Made by a program: the position numbers and the translations under genes. A DNA stretch of 64,000 nucleotides, from assembly GCA_033763315.1 (NCBI GenBank), contig JANRKS010000032.1, forward strand, positions 288,001 through 352,000, in the 5' to 3' direction. This DNA is from Deltaproteobacteria bacterium. Lineage in GTDB: Bacteria > Myxococcota_A > Polyangia > Fen-1088. The notes beneath the pieces were generated by a model. The model was not told the origin of the DNA and did no database searches. It saw only the letters and a list, made by a program, of their open reading frames with translations. Below are positions 20,370 through 31,240 of this stretch, piece after piece; positions within the stretch are counted from its first letter, which is position 1; each line of letters begins with the position of its first letter.

Positions 20370-21847
20370 TGTCGACGGCCGCCATCGAAACGCTGTTGCT
20401 GGAACAGTCTGTGGTTGCCCAAGCGGAAGCCGTGCGGGGCGGCACCGTCAAGGCGCGCGACTTGGCTGAAGGCTACCTGGATCGCGTGGGCCGTTTCGAC
20501 AAAACCCTCGGATCCTTCCTGCTTGTGGACGGCGCCGGCGCTCGCGCCGCGGCAGATAAGGTGGATGCCGCCATCGCTGCGGGTCAACCCGGCGGACCGC
20601 TGGCTGGCGTGCCCTTGGGGATCAAAGACATTTTCGTGACCAAAGGCGTGGAGACCACAGCGGGCTCGCGCGTGTTGAAAGGCTTCATTCCGCCTTACGA
20701 GAGCACCGTGACCGCGCGCTTGGCCGCAGCGGGGGCGGTGTCTTTGGGCAAGCTGAACATGGACGAGTTCGCGATGGGCTCGTCAAATGAGAACAGTGCC
20801 TTTGGTCCCGTGCGCAACCCTTGGGACACCACGCGCGTTCCCGGCGGCTCGTCGGGCGGGTCAGCGGCCGCGGTGGCAGGCGGTTTGTGCGCAGCGAGCT
20901 TGGGCACTGACACAGGCGGCTCGATTCGCCAACCGGCTGCGTTCTGTGGCATCACCGGCTTAAAGCCCACCTACGGGCGCGTGTCACGTTATGGCGTGAT
21001 CGCCTTTGCCTCATCCTTGGATCACCCAGGGCCCTTTGGCCGCTCGGCCGAGGATGTGGCCGCGTTGATGGAGGTTATGGCGGGAGGCGATCCGATGGAC
21101 GCCACGTCCATCAGCGCTCCGGTGGGGCGTTACCAAGCGGCTTGCAAGGCGGGCCTCGCAGGTTTGCGTGTGGGCATGCCATCCGAATACTTTGCGGCCG
21201 GCATGGATCCGGCCGTCGAGGCGGCGGTGCGTGCGGGCATCGAACAGTTGGCGGCGTTGGGCGCGCAGGTGGTGCCCGTGACTTTGCCGCACACGCCTTA
21301 CGCCGTGCCCACTTACTATTTGGTGTGCACGGCCGAAGCGTCATCGAACTTGGCCCGCTACGACGGTGTGAAATATGGCCACCGCACCGAAACGGCGGCC
21401 TCGCTGGAGGAGCTGTATGCGCGCACGCGCGACGAAGGTTTCGGCCCCGAGCCGAAGCGTCGAATCGTGCTTGGCAACTACGTTCTGCGTTCGGGTTACT
21501 ACGACGCGTATTACGGCAAGGCACAACGCGTGCGCCGCTTGATCGCCAACGATTTCGCAAAGGCCTTCACTGAGTGTGATGTGTTGGCCACCCCCACCAC
21601 GCCGATGACGGCTTTCAAGTTGGGTGAAAAAACGGAGGATCCGTTGCAGATGTACTTGGCCGACATTTATACGGTGGCGCCCGCTTTGGCCGGCGTGCCA
21701 GCGATGGCGTTGCCATGTGGCTTCGCGGCTGGCTTGCCGATCGGCATGCAACTGATTGGCCCTCCGTTGGGTGAAGAAACTCTGTTCCGCGTTGCGGGCG
21801 CTTACCAGCGCGCCACCGATTGGCATACGCGCAGGCCATCGCTGTGA
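20366..21847 (+). CDS. gatA: Asp/Glu-tRNA amidotransferase subunit A
   Basis: GKLNMDEFAMGSS; PGGSSGGSA; GTDTGGSIRQPA; SSNLARYDG. Confidence 0.97.
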   Translation: MMSTAAIETLLLEQSVVAQAEAVRGGTVKARDLAEGYLDRVGRFDKTLGSFLLVDGAGARAAADKVDAAIAAGQPGGPLAGVPLGIKDIFVTKGVETTAGSRVLKGFIPPYESTVTARLAAAGAVSLGKLNMDEFAMGSSNENSAFGPVRNPWDTTRVPGGSSGGSAAAVAGGLCAASLGTDTGGSIRQPAAFCGITGLKPTYGRVSRYGVIAFASSLDHPGPFGRSAEDVAALMEVMAGGDPMDATSISAPVGRYQAACKAGLAGLRVGMPSEYFAAGMDPAVEAAVRAGIEQLAALGAQVVPVTLPHTPYAVPTYYLVCTAEASSNLARYDGVKYGHRTETAASLEELYARTRDEGFGPEPKRRIVLGNYVLRSGYYDAYYGKAQRVRRLIANDFAKAFTECDVLATPTTPMTAFKLGEKTEDPLQMYLADIYTVAPALAGVPAMALPCGFAAGLPIGMQLIGPPLGEETLFRVAGAYQRATDWHTRRPSL

Positions 21848-21872
21848 TGAACTTCATTCAAGAGAAAATTCC

Positions 21873-23324
21873 ATGTCTGTAACTCTTCTTGAAAAATACG
21901 AGCCGGTGATTGGCCTTGAGGTGCACGTGCAGCTGGCCACGCTCACCAAGATTTTCTCTGGCTCTTCTGCAAGCTTCGGCCTGGCGCCCAACGCGGCCAC
22001 CGATCCTGTGGTTCTTGGTTTGCCCGGAAGCCTGCCCGTGCTCAACAAAGCCGCGGTGCAGATGGCTGTGCGCTTGGGATTGGCGGTGGGCTCGCACATC
22101 CGGCCGGTGTGCCGGTTTTCCCGCAAACACTATTTTTATCCCGATTTGCCGAAGGGCTATCAAATCTCGCAATTCGACGAACCTTTGTGCGAAGGCGGCG
22201 CTGTGCGCTTTCGTTTCAACGGCGCGGATCACAGCGTGCCGCTCACACGCATCCACATGGAAGAAGACGCCGGCAAGAACATCCATGCCGAAGGCGGCGT
22301 GTCTTACGTGGACTACAACCGCGCGGGCGTGCCGTTGTGCGAGGTTGTGAGTGAGCCTGCCCTGCGCTCTGCGGATGAGGCCGCCGAATATCTGCGCGCC
22401 TTGCGGACGTTGATCCGATACTTGGGCATCAGCGATGGCAACATGGAGGAAGGCTCCATGCGCTGTGACGCCAACGTGTCGCTGCGTTTGCGCGGCGCCA
22501 CAAAATTGGGCACGCGGGCTGAACTCAAAAACATCAACAGCTTCAAGAACGTCAAAGAAGCCATCGAGCACGAGATTCGTCGTCAAGCTGGCATTTTGGA
22601 TCGCGGCGAAGCCGTGGTGCAGGAAACGAGATTGTGGGACGCCGTGCGTGGGCGTTCGCAATCCATGCGTTCAAAAGAAGAAGCGCACGACTACCGTTAT
22701 TTTCCGGAGCCCGATCTGCCGCCTTTGCAAGTGGACGAAGCGTGGCGGCAGGCGGCTTTGGCCGGCTTGCCCGAACTGCCCGAGCAGCGCTTCGTGCGCT
22801 ACACAACGGTGCTGGGGCTCTCCGCGCAAGATGCGGGCGTGCTCGTCAATGAGCGCGAGATCAGTGATTACTTCGACGCTGTGGTGGGCAAGAGTCCGGC
22901 TGAAGGCGTGGGCAAAAAAGCCGCCAACTGGGTGGTGAACGAAGTGTTGGCACGCGTGGAAGATCCACGCGCGTTGGGCCAGGACGTCCCCGTGCCACCC
23001 GACGCGTTGGCCGAATTGGTGGACCTCATCGAAAAGGGCACGCTTTCGGGCAAGCTGGCCAAAGACGTGTTTGGGCGCATGTGGACGGAAAAACGCCGCG
23101 CCAGCGACATCGTTGCCAAAGAAAGTGTGGCGCAAGTCTCTGACGAGGGCGTGATCGAAGCGGCCTGCAAACAAGTGATTGAAGCGAATCCGAAAGAGGC
23201 AGAACGCTACCGCGCAGGCGATAAGAAACTGGTGGGCTTCTTCGTAGGCCAGATCATGAAGCTCACGGAAGGCAAAGCCAACCCGAAGGCCGTGAACCAA
23301 ATCCTGGCCAAGTTGCTGTCGTAG
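21873..23324 (+). CDS. gatB: Asp/Glu-tRNA amidotransferase subunit B
   Basis: IGLEVHVQL; YFYPDLPKGYQISQ; HMEEDAGK; ELKNINS; DYRYFPEPDLPP. Confidence 0.97.
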   Translation: MSVTLLEKYEPVIGLEVHVQLATLTKIFSGSSASFGLAPNAATDPVVLGLPGSLPVLNKAAVQMAVRLGLAVGSHIRPVCRFSRKHYFYPDLPKGYQISQFDEPLCEGGAVRFRFNGADHSVPLTRIHMEEDAGKNIHAEGGVSYVDYNRAGVPLCEVVSEPALRSADEAAEYLRALRTLIRYLGISDGNMEEGSMRCDANVSLRLRGATKLGTRAELKNINSFKNVKEAIEHEIRRQAGILDRGEAVVQETRLWDAVRGRSQSMRSKEEAHDYRYFPEPDLPPLQVDEAWRQAALAGLPELPEQRFVRYTTVLGLSAQDAGVLVNEREISDYFDAVVGKSPAEGVGKKAANWVVNEVLARVEDPRALGQDVPVPPDALAELVDLIEKGTLSGKLAKDVFGRMWTEKRRASDIVAKESVAQVSDEGVIEAACKQVIEANPKEAERYRAGDKKLVGFFVGQIMKLTEGKANPKAVNQILAKLLS

Positions 23325-23336
23325 GGAGCTTGGCCT

Positions 23337-24077
23337 ATGCCTCGCACGCGCAAATTGGCATCTTTGTCCGAGGCCTTTCCCAGCGTGCAGGCGCTGACCG
23401 CCACGTTGAAAGGCGAGGGCACGCTTGTGCGTGCGGAGCGCGAGAAGGCCTATCTCAAAAGCGATCTCAAGTTCTTGGGCGTCAGCGTGCCGCAGGTGCG
23501 CGCGCATGCCAAAGCGCTGCATAAGCAAACGCCCCATGCGGACCGCGAGACGGTTTTGTCGTTCGCCGAAGCGATGTGGGCCACGCGCATTCACGAGCTG
23601 AGATCGCTGGCCATCAATGTTCTGGCTTTGAAGGTGCAGGTGCTGCGCCCGGAGGATTTGAAGATCATCGAAACGATGTTGCGCTCGGCACGCACGTGGG
23701 CCCACGTGGATGAATTGGCCACGCAGGTGGTGGCCCCCCTGTGTGACGCGCGACCGGCGGGGCTGCGCATTGTGGCCCGTTGGCAACGTGATGAAGATTT
23801 CTGGATGAGGCGCACGGCATTGTTGGCGTTGCTGCCGGCTCTGCGCAAAGGCGGCGGTGATTTTGCCTTGTTCGAGAAGTGGGCCGCGCCTTTGCTCGAA
23901 GAAAAAGAATTCTTCATTCGCAAAGCCATCGGCTGGGTTCTGCGCGAAGTTTCAAAGAAGCGGCCGAAGCTGGTGTTTGTGTTTCTGCAAAAGCACCGCG
24001 AGCGCGTGTCGGGGCTCACGATGCGCGAAGGAAAGAAATATTTGCCGGCGGAATGGCAAGCCAAGCTGGTGGCTTAA
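23337..24077 (+). CDS. DNA alkylation repair protein (AlkD-like HEAT repeat)
   Basis: FLGVSVP; TWAHVD; DFWMRR; EFFIRKAIGWVLRE. Confidence 0.88.
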   Translation: MPRTRKLASLSEAFPSVQALTATLKGEGTLVRAEREKAYLKSDLKFLGVSVPQVRAHAKALHKQTPHADRETVLSFAEAMWATRIHELRSLAINVLALKVQVLRPEDLKIIETMLRSARTWAHVDELATQVVAPLCDARPAGLRIVARWQRDEDFWMRRTALLALLPALRKGGGDFALFEKWAAPLLEEKEFFIRKAIGWVLREVSKKRPKLVFVFLQKHRERVSGLTMREGKKYLPAEWQAKLVA

Positions 24078-24281
24078 CGGGGTTTTCACCTGGCATAACG
24101 CCCCAGCATGGGGCCGTGGGGGCTTGTTCGCGGCGGGCTCGCCCAAGGGCGTATGAACCTTGTGGCCTCCCGTATCACACATCGGTTACGGCCCGGTAGC
24201 GTCATGCCGCGTTGACAGCGCCAACCCGAACGCGCTCCAATTTCTTAGGACCGCACCTTTGGTGACGCGCCCGGCCCGCCG

Positions 24282-27200
24282 ATGACTTATGGCCGGATGT
24301 CTGGGTCCAAGAAAGTCTCCTTTGCCTCCGTTTCCCTGGGGGGCTTTGCCGAGGTTTTGCTTTTGGCCGTGCTCTACTTTGGGACCGCCAGGCTTTCGCT
24401 TCTGTTTGCGTTTTCCGACACGAATGCCTCGCCGGTGTGGCCGCCCTCTGGTCTGGCACTGGCGGCGCTGCTGGTGCGAGGCTCTCGACTGTGGCCGGGC
24501 GTGCTGCTCGGCGCGTGTGCCGCGAACCTCACCACCTTCTTGGCCAACGGCACGTCCCTTGGGCATGCGGCGCTGGCGTCGCTTCTGATCTCCTGTGGGA
24601 ACTCATCGGAAGCACTTCTGGCGAACTACCTGATACGCCGTTCGCCGGACCCGCTGCTGCGGCCGCTTTCCGTGCTCAAATTCAGCGTGGCGTGTGCTGT
24701 CTCAGCCCTTGTGGCGGCATGCTTGGGCGCGGCCACCCTTGTTGTGTGTAAAGCCGTCGCCCCGCAGCTGTGGCGCACGGTGCTTGGCGTGTGGTGGGTG
24801 GGCGATGTTTCGGGGATGTTGGGGCTGACGCCTTGCCTGTTGTTGCTGTTCAAGCGGGAGCGCGCGCAAGGGCGCGCTTTTGATTCAGAGGCCTTGTTCT
24901 GCACGGGGCTCGTGGCGGCGGCTTCCGTTGTTGCGTTCTGCATGCCTTTGCCGCCGGGGCTGCGACCGTCAGCGCCGCTTTTGGTGGTGGCCGTACTCGT
25001 GTGGCCTTTGCTGCGACTTGATCACGCTGTGCTTGGGGTTTCGATTGTCATCGCGATGTTTTGTGCGGTGTGGGGGACCGTGCGCGGCACGGGGCCTTTT
25101 GGATCGCACGACGCAACGATGGCCTTGATCCAGCTTGATGCGTTTTTAGTCATCACGGCCTTGGGCATTCACATGGTGGCGGCGGCGCTGCGCGGGCGCG
25201 AAATTCCGGGCAGAGCTGCGGCACCACCGGCCGAGCCATCGTCCTTGCTGATCTGGTGGCCTGCGGTGGTGGCGGGCATCATGGGTACGCTCATCAGTTG
25301 TGCCTTGTGGTTGTGGCTGTTGCGCGATGAACGGATGGCCATTCGCAAGCAAACGCTTGCGCGCGCTGAGGGGCTTGCGACCGTGATCGAATCATCGATT
25401 CAGCGATCCGCGCAGTCTCTCAAACGCATGGCCGTACGGTGGAGCGAAGCCAATGGCACGCCTGAACATGTTTGGCGACGTGACGCCGAGAATTTCGCCG
25501 CCGACACGCCTGAGCTGCAAGCAATTGAGTGGCTCGACGATCAGCACGTTGTGCGTTGGGTGGAACCGCAGCAGGGCAACGAAGGGGTTGTTGGCTTCAA
25601 CTTGAGTGGCAGCCCCGAGCGCCTGGCAGCGCTGCAACGTTCAAAACAAACAAGGTCTATCACCTTCACCCCCGTGCTTGATCTGCAGCAAGGTGGCAAG
25701 GGTTTCCTCAGCATTCACAGCTTGCAGGCAAGCGGGGGCGCGCCCTCGGGTTTCTTGCTTGGCGTGTTCCGCGTGGACCGCTTGCTGGGTGATGTGCTGT
25801 CGAAGTTCGGCGACAATTATGTTTTGCAAATGAGCCACGACGCAAAGGTGATTTTTTCGCGTGGCGATTGGTCGCAAGGGATGGCGCCTTACGAGCAGGA
25901 ATACAGCCAAAGCGTTGGCGCTTTGAGGTGGACGTTGCGGTTGCGGCCGGCCCGTTCTACGGCGGCGGCCAGCCGATCACCTCTGCCCACGGCTGTGTTG
26001 TCACTTGGTTGTTTGATGTCGGCCTTGGTGGCTTTGGCGATGCATCTGGCGTATGTGGCCTCGAACCGTGCCAAGGATCTGCGCGCTGTGCTTGTTGACC
26101 TGCAAAACGAAACGTCGCGCGCCAATCACGCCGCACAGGTCAAGGCGTCATTCCTGGCCACCATGAGCCACGAGATTCGAACACCCATGAATGGCGTTCT
26201 CGGTATGGCTGGTTTGTTGGCAGACACACAATTGCAGCCCTCTCAGGCGGAGATGCTTCAAACAATTCGATCCTCTGGTGAAGCGCTTTTGCAAATCTTG
26301 GACGACATTCTCGATTTCACGAAGCTTGAAGCGGGCCACGTGGAAATTGAAAACAAGTCGTTCCCGCTGCGCACCTTGGTTGAGGACGCCTTGGATCTCA
26401 TTGCTGTGAAGGCGCACACCAAGGGCATCGAGCTGTTGGCTGACATCGATGCTCAATGTCCCGAGGTGGTGTCAGGCGATGCGGGCCGCATTCGTCAAAT
26501 CTTGCTGAACCTTCTGGGCAACGCCGTGAAGTTTACGGCCAAAGGCTCTGTGGTGTTGTTGGTGAAGTCTGCCGCCAAGCAACACATCGTTTTCGAGGTC
26601 GAGGACACCGGCATGGGCATTGAGCCTTACGTGCTTGGTCAGCTGTTCGCGCCGTTTAAACAGGGCGACGCCACGATGGCGCGCCGCTTTGGCGGCACCG
26701 GCTTAGGGTTATCTATCTCAAAGCGCTTGGCCGAAGCGATGGGCGGCACGGTGGCCGTGCGAAGCCAGCTTGGCCGTGGCTCCACCTTCGCTTTGGATCT
26801 CGTGCTGCCCGAAGTTGTGGGGCAAAGCGATCCCGCCCTACCGCGTTCCGAAATCCTTGGCATCGTGGCGGCGCATCCGGTGGCCCGCCGTGCCCTGGAA
26901 GACCAGTTGCTGTCAGCAGGTTGGCTCAATGTTTTGTCGGCGCCTTCGGAGCCTGAGCTTTTGCGCCTGCCTGGTGCGCAAGCCGCTGCGTTGATCGTCG
27001 TGGACGATGGCCTTTCAGATCGCCCGCGTTCGGGCGGTCGTGTGCCTCACATTCACCTCATCGATCGACGCCGCGCCGGCAGCGCCAATGAAAGAAACTT
27101 GCTCAAGCCCGTACGCCTGCACCGATTGGCTGAAGCCGTGAAGAAGGCACTCTCGGTTGAAAAGCCCGTGCTCTTGCCAAGCCAGGTCGATGATTCGGCC

Positions 27201-27593
27201 TTTGCCGAGGCGTTTTCCGGCCGCTGTGTGCTGGTGGTTGAAGACGCGGCGATCAACCAGCAGGTCATGCGCCTCATGCTGACGCGGCTCGGATGCAAGG
27301 TGACGATCGCCAACGACGGTGTCGAAGCGGTGGCCGCGGCCGAACGGCAGGCGTTCGACATCGTGTTTATGGATTGCCAAATGCCGCACATGGATGGCTA
27401 CCAAGCCACGCGCCAAATTCGCTCCCGCGAGTTTGATCACCACACCCCGATCGTCGCGCTCACCGCCAACGCGTTTGCTGCCGATCGTGCGGCGTGCCTG
27501 GCGGCGGGCATGGACGCCGTTTTGGTTAAACCGGCGGGCAAGCCTGAGATCTTGGCAATGATGTCGAGGTTTGTTGCCAGTCCTGCCGCTTAG
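24282..27593 (+). CDS. Hybrid sensor histidine kinase (MASE1-CHASE-HisKA-HATPase-REC)
   Basis: SPVWPPSG (MASE1); periplasmic CHASE-like region; FLATMSHEIRTPMNGV; NLLGNAVKFT; GGTGLGLSI; FMDCQMP. Confidence 0.93.
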   Translation: MTYGRMSGSKKVSFASVSLGGFAEVLLLAVLYFGTARLSLLFAFSDTNASPVWPPSGLALAALLVRGSRLWPGVLLGACAANLTTFLANGTSLGHAALASLLISCGNSSEALLANYLIRRSPDPLLRPLSVLKFSVACAVSALVAACLGAATLVVCKAVAPQLWRTVLGVWWVGDVSGMLGLTPCLLLLFKRERAQGRAFDSEALFCTGLVAAASVVAFCMPLPPGLRPSAPLLVVAVLVWPLLRLDHAVLGVSIVIAMFCAVWGTVRGTGPFGSHDATMALIQLDAFLVITALGIHMVAAALRGREIPGRAAAPPAEPSSLLIWWPAVVAGIMGTLISCALWLWLLRDERMAIRKQTLARAEGLATVIESSIQRSAQSLKRMAVRWSEANGTPEHVWRRDAENFAADTPELQAIEWLDDQHVVRWVEPQQGNEGVVGFNLSGSPERLAALQRSKQTRSITFTPVLDLQQGGKGFLSIHSLQASGGAPSGFLLGVFRVDRLLGDVLSKFGDNYVLQMSHDAKVIFSRGDWSQGMAPYEQEYSQSVGALRWTLRLRPARSTAAASRSPLPTAVLSLGCLMSALVALAMHLAYVASNRAKDLRAVLVDLQNETSRANHAAQVKASFLATMSHEIRTPMNGVLGMAGLLADTQLQPSQAEMLQTIRSSGEALLQILDDILDFTKLEAGHVEIENKSFPLRTLVEDALDLIAVKAHTKGIELLADIDAQCPEVVSGDAGRIRQILLNLLGNAVKFTAKGSVVLLVKSAAKQHIVFEVEDTGMGIEPYVLGQLFAPFKQGDATMARRFGGTGLGLSISKRLAEAMGGTVAVRSQLGRGSTFALDLVLPEVVGQSDPALPRSEILGIVAAHPVARRALEDQLLSAGWLNVLSAPSEPELLRLPGAQAAALIVVDDGLSDRPRSGGRVPHIHLIDRRRAGSANERNLLKPVRLHRLAEAVKKALSVEKPVLLPSQVDDSAFAEAFSGRCVLVVEDAAINQQVMRLMLTRLGCKVTIANDGVEAVAAAERQAFDIVFMDCQMPHMDGYQATRQIRSREFDHHTPIVALTANAFAADRAACLAAGMDAVLVKPAGKPEILAMMSRFVASPAA

Positions 27594-27646
27594 GCGGCAA
27601 CCACAACGGCTTTGCTGGCATTGGTTTGCTACGTTGGTGACTTCCT

Positions 27647-28477
27647 GTGCGTCTTGACCTTCATTGCCACTCGCTGCATTCCGACGGCACCTTGCCGGTG
27701 TCCCAGATCGTTTCGCAGGCCAAAGCCCGCGCGCTTGAGCTGTTCTGTCTCACCGACCACGACACCTTGGCGGGCTTCGATGAGGTGAAGGCCGGTTTGC
27801 CCGGTGTGACAGTGTTGCGTGGCCTTGAGCTCTCAACGCATGGCCACGGGCGCACGATTCATCTTTTGCTCTATGGCGTAACCGAGGGTGCGGCCTCGTG
27901 CGCGTTGGAGGGCCGCTTGGCCACGCTTCGTGAGCAACGACGTCAGCGAATCTTCGAGATCTGCTCGCGTTTGACCCGCTGGAACATCACGTTGGATGCA
28001 GAAGTCATCGTCGCCAAATCTGGGCACGGCACGGCTGGCCGCCCGCATGTGGCCGCAGCTTTGGTGGCGGCCGGCGTGTGCAAGAGCGTGCGCGAAGCGT
28101 TCGATCGTTTCCTCGGTGACAAGGGGCCCGCCATGGTGCCCTCACCACGCCTGTCTGTTGAAGAGGGCCTCGCCTTGGCGTCGTCTTGTGCGGCCAAGGT
28201 TTCGTTGGCCCACCCGCATCTCGTGGGGCCACCCGAGCTCGTTAAGGCGCTTTGCAAAGAGTGGAAGCCCCTTGGCCTCGGCGGCATTGAGGCCGAATAC
28301 GGAATGTACGCGCAAAGGCAGCGCGCGCTTTGGAGCGCCGTGGGCGACGACGTGGGTTTGATCGTCACCGCAGGATCGGATTTCCACGGCACCGACGTTG
28401 TTCCCGATGTACCGCACGTGGGCGTGGAGCTTCACGCGGCCCGCGCCCTCCCGCTACGCGATTGGTTGTTGTCTTAG
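27647..28477 (+). CDS. PHP-domain metal-dependent phosphoesterase (TrpH/YciV-like)
   Basis: DLHCHSLHSDG; LTDHD; GRPHVA; LAHP; GSDFHG. Confidence 0.92.
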   Translation: MRLDLHCHSLHSDGTLPVSQIVSQAKARALELFCLTDHDTLAGFDEVKAGLPGVTVLRGLELSTHGHGRTIHLLLYGVTEGAASCALEGRLATLREQRRQRIFEICSRLTRWNITLDAEVIVAKSGHGTAGRPHVAAALVAAGVCKSVREAFDRFLGDKGPAMVPSPRLSVEEGLALASSCAAKVSLAHPHLVGPPELVKALCKEWKPLGLGGIEAEYGMYAQRQRALWSAVGDDVGLIVTAGSDFHGTDVVPDVPHVGVELHAARALPLRDWLLS

Positions 28478-28481
28478 TCGC

Positions 28482-31115
28482 TCAATGGTGCTCGTAGGCC
28501 CCGATGTCGGGCTTATCGTCGCGCTTTTGACCATCACGATCCCACAGAGGGGCGCCGGTGCTGGTGCCCTTATCGATCGCGGATGAACCGTCTTCCAGAT
28601 GTACGTCGTTGGGCCAACCCACGAACTTTGGATCGCCTGAGATGTTGTTGCGGCGTACCGACGAAGCTGTGTTCTTGTTTAGATCACTGACCGACAGCAA
28701 ATCTTTGCCGTCTGCCAAGAACGCGGGCAAATCCATGGCGCGATCGAAGAGGTTGAACTCAAGCACGCGCGCGTGGGCTTTGGCGTCTCGCTCTTCGACC
28801 AAAGTGCCGCGGCACACGTGGTGGCTGAAGATGTTGTTGCGGATGGTGCCCGCCACGCCGCCCGTTGTGTCTGCGCGAGACGCGATCGTCATCGTGGCGC
28901 CGGTGCACGAGCCCGTGCCCTCGGCCGTGTCGATCGTATTTGAATGCAGATCCACGGCCCTGCGCGCGTCGCCGATCAGCAAGCTGACCCCCGTGGGTTG
29001 CACCACCGATGACGTGGAGCACGTGGCACCAAAGATGACGTTGTTGTCGATGCGGCTGCCGCTGTCGGCGGCCACGATGCCCGTGCTGGCCACGCTGCCG
29101 CAGCCCCCTGAAATCAGATTGCCTGCCACACGGGCCGAACCGCCTTCAAGCCACAAGCCGTATGTACGTTTCGCGCGGCCACCGTCGATCAGCGCGTTGT
29201 CTTGCACCACGGCGCATGCGTTGGCTTCGCACCGGATGGCGGCCGCGGTTTCGGCGGCTTCGGACGTGCCGCTGCGAATCTGCAGATTGCGCGCGATGTG
29301 GCACGCACTGGCTTTGCCAGCTTCCACGCCGCACGACACCCCTACGCTACCTTTGCCTTGGCTGCCTGTGGTGTTGATCAATAGGTTGTCCTCAATGCGC
29401 GGGTGGCAATCCCCCGTGCTCAGAACGGCCGCAAGGTTGCTGCCGCCCGTGGCCAACGCCGTAAGGCTCGTGTTGTTGACGATCCACGGACGCGCGCCCC
29501 CGCAGCTTGTCAGCCACACGGCCGCTGCGTTTGTCTCGACGCCGGCCGCGCGCACAACGTTGCCCGCCATCGCGATGCTGCCGGAGGCGCCCTCCACTTT
29601 GACGCCAGCGCTGTTGGTGCCCCCCGTGGTGCACAAAGCGTTGTTCCTCAGCAGGGCAAGGGTGGCGCCGTCTAAAACAACGGCGCGGACGTCGCCTTTG
29701 CTTTCCCCCGTACCGGCGCGCAACGCCGGCAACTCAGAGGCGCATGTGGCTTTGCAGCGGCCGGAGGCGTCGAAGGCATCGCAATTGTCTACGATCGCCA
29801 CAGCGGAGCCTTTCACGTTCACGGCCGCCGCGCGCACGGCGCCGGCACCCACGTTGATGTCGCAATGGCTCACAATCGCTTCGGCTTTGCCGTTGATGTC
29901 AATGCCGACGTTGACGTCAGCGTCTTGCACGGGCAGCACCTTGACGTTTGCCACCACCGCATTGCGGGCGCCGCGAATTGTGATGGCCGCGCTGTTTTTA
30001 ACCTGAATCGGACGTTCGATCACGAACCCAGCCAAAACGGTGGGCGTGGTCACCGCTTCCGAGAACAGCACGCCATCGGCGTCCCGCGTGATGAGCACAG
30101 GTGCGTTGCGTGACAACACGCTGCCCGCGGCTCTGGGGCACAAACTCCACGTCGTGGACTCGTAACCACCCACGACGGAAATGCCATTCTTCATCGTGAA
30201 CGTTTTTCCTTCAGGCTCGATGAAGCGACCTTGGTTCACCGCCAGATCGGAGCAGGTGAGGCTGGCCGCCACGCAGACAAGCTTGGGCCGTCCAGGATTC
30301 GCCGCGGCCCAATCGACGGCCGCTTGCAACGTGCGGAATGGCAACAGCGTTGAGCCATCGGCCTTCGCATCGATGCCCGTCGTGGTGACGTGCACGCACG
30401 TTTGGCAGTCTTCATCGATGAGACCGTCGCAGTCTTCATCGCCGCCACCACAGGCGTCCACGCCGCTGGCGGCCTCCTTCGGCATACACAGACCGGCAGC
30501 CGAACACGCGTCCACCGTTGTGGCGCACACGCCCAGCCCGCAAGAGACAGGCGGCAGATCGTCCACCTTGCTGTTGCAGTCGTCATCTTGTTCATTGCAG
30601 CTTTCGACCAACGGCAGCTGCTGACCTTGGCATTCCGTCCACACGCCAGCCGTGCAGCTTTTCACGCCGCTTCTACAGATGCCTTTGCCGGCGGTGCCCG
30701 CCGCGCCTTCGTAACAACTGCGCGCCGCCACATCGCCCGCCACATTTGGCTCGTTGTCATCGCAGTCGGGACCGGCGCAACCGGCGCCCACGCCGAAGCC
30801 GTCCCGATCTTTGTCCTGGCACATGGGGCACAGCACCTGGCACGCCGTGCCCGCGCACGACCACTTGCCACACGGGGCCGGCCCGAAGTTCACTTCACAC
30901 GAGGCCGGTGTGCACATGCCGCCATCCACGGTGCGCGCGTCAGGAACCGACGCATCGGCCTCGGCGTCCAAACCAGGCGCGGCACCATCGTCAATGATGG
31001 CCGCGTCGATGTCGGGCTCTGCCACAGGCCCCAGGTAATACGGGTTGGGCTCTTGGCAAGCCGTGAGGATCAGCAGCGCCACGGTGGCACCTAGCGCACG
31101 CGATATGCTCGTCAT
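28482..31115 (-). CDS. Cys-rich lipoprotein with DCDD/DDDC motifs and a right-handed beta-helix domain
   Basis: Lipobox LTAC; DKDRDGFG..DCDD; ESCNEQDDDCN; DEDCDGLIDEDC; PFRTLQAAV; C-terminal AIDKG..DIGAYE. Confidence 0.8.
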   Translation of the reverse strand: MTSISRALGATVALLILTACQEPNPYYLGPVAEPDIDAAIIDDGAAPGLDAEADASVPDARTVDGGMCTPASCEVNFGPAPCGKWSCAGTACQVLCPMCQDKDRDGFGVGAGCAGPDCDDNEPNVAGDVAARSCYEGAAGTAGKGICRSGVKSCTAGVWTECQGQQLPLVESCNEQDDDCNSKVDDLPPVSCGLGVCATTVDACSAAGLCMPKEAASGVDACGGGDEDCDGLIDEDCQTCVHVTTTGIDAKADGSTLLPFRTLQAAVDWAAANPGRPKLVCVAASLTCSDLAVNQGRFIEPEGKTFTMKNGISVVGGYESTTWSLCPRAAGSVLSRNAPVLITRDADGVLFSEAVTTPTVLAGFVIERPIQVKNSAAITIRGARNAVVANVKVLPVQDADVNVGIDINGKAEAIVSHCDINVGAGAVRAAAVNVKGSAVAIVDNCDAFDASGRCKATCASELPALRAGTGESKGDVRAVVLDGATLALLRNNALCTTGGTNSAGVKVEGASGSIAMAGNVVRAAGVETNAAAVWLTSCGGARPWIVNNTSLTALATGGSNLAAVLSTGDCHPRIEDNLLINTTGSQGKGSVGVSCGVEAGKASACHIARNLQIRSGTSEAAETAAAIRCEANACAVVQDNALIDGGRAKRTYGLWLEGGSARVAGNLISGGCGSVASTGIVAADSGSRIDNNVIFGATCSTSSVVQPTGVSLLIGDARRAVDLHSNTIDTAEGTGSCTGATMTIASRADTTGGVAGTIRNNIFSHHVCRGTLVEERDAKAHARVLEFNLFDRAMDLPAFLADGKDLLSVSDLNKNTASSVRRNNISGDPKFVGWPNDVHLEDGSSAIDKGTSTGAPLWDRDGQKRDDKPDIGAYEHH

Positions 31116-31240
31116 TCGTTGCCTCCCAAAAAGCTAAGACGCCCTATGCGGCCGTGCCACAAGTCTACCAGCCGCCGCGGCCGCTTCACCAGCACCACTT
31201 GGGGTGGCAACTATCGATCTAGGTGGCCAACCGGTGTAGC

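Noticed and set aside
28558-30006. 482-aa plus-strand ORF and other long antisense ORFs (22671-23786, 33390-34505, 35837-36862, 61479-62615)
   Set aside because: They lie opposite well-supported genes and have no recognisable motifs.
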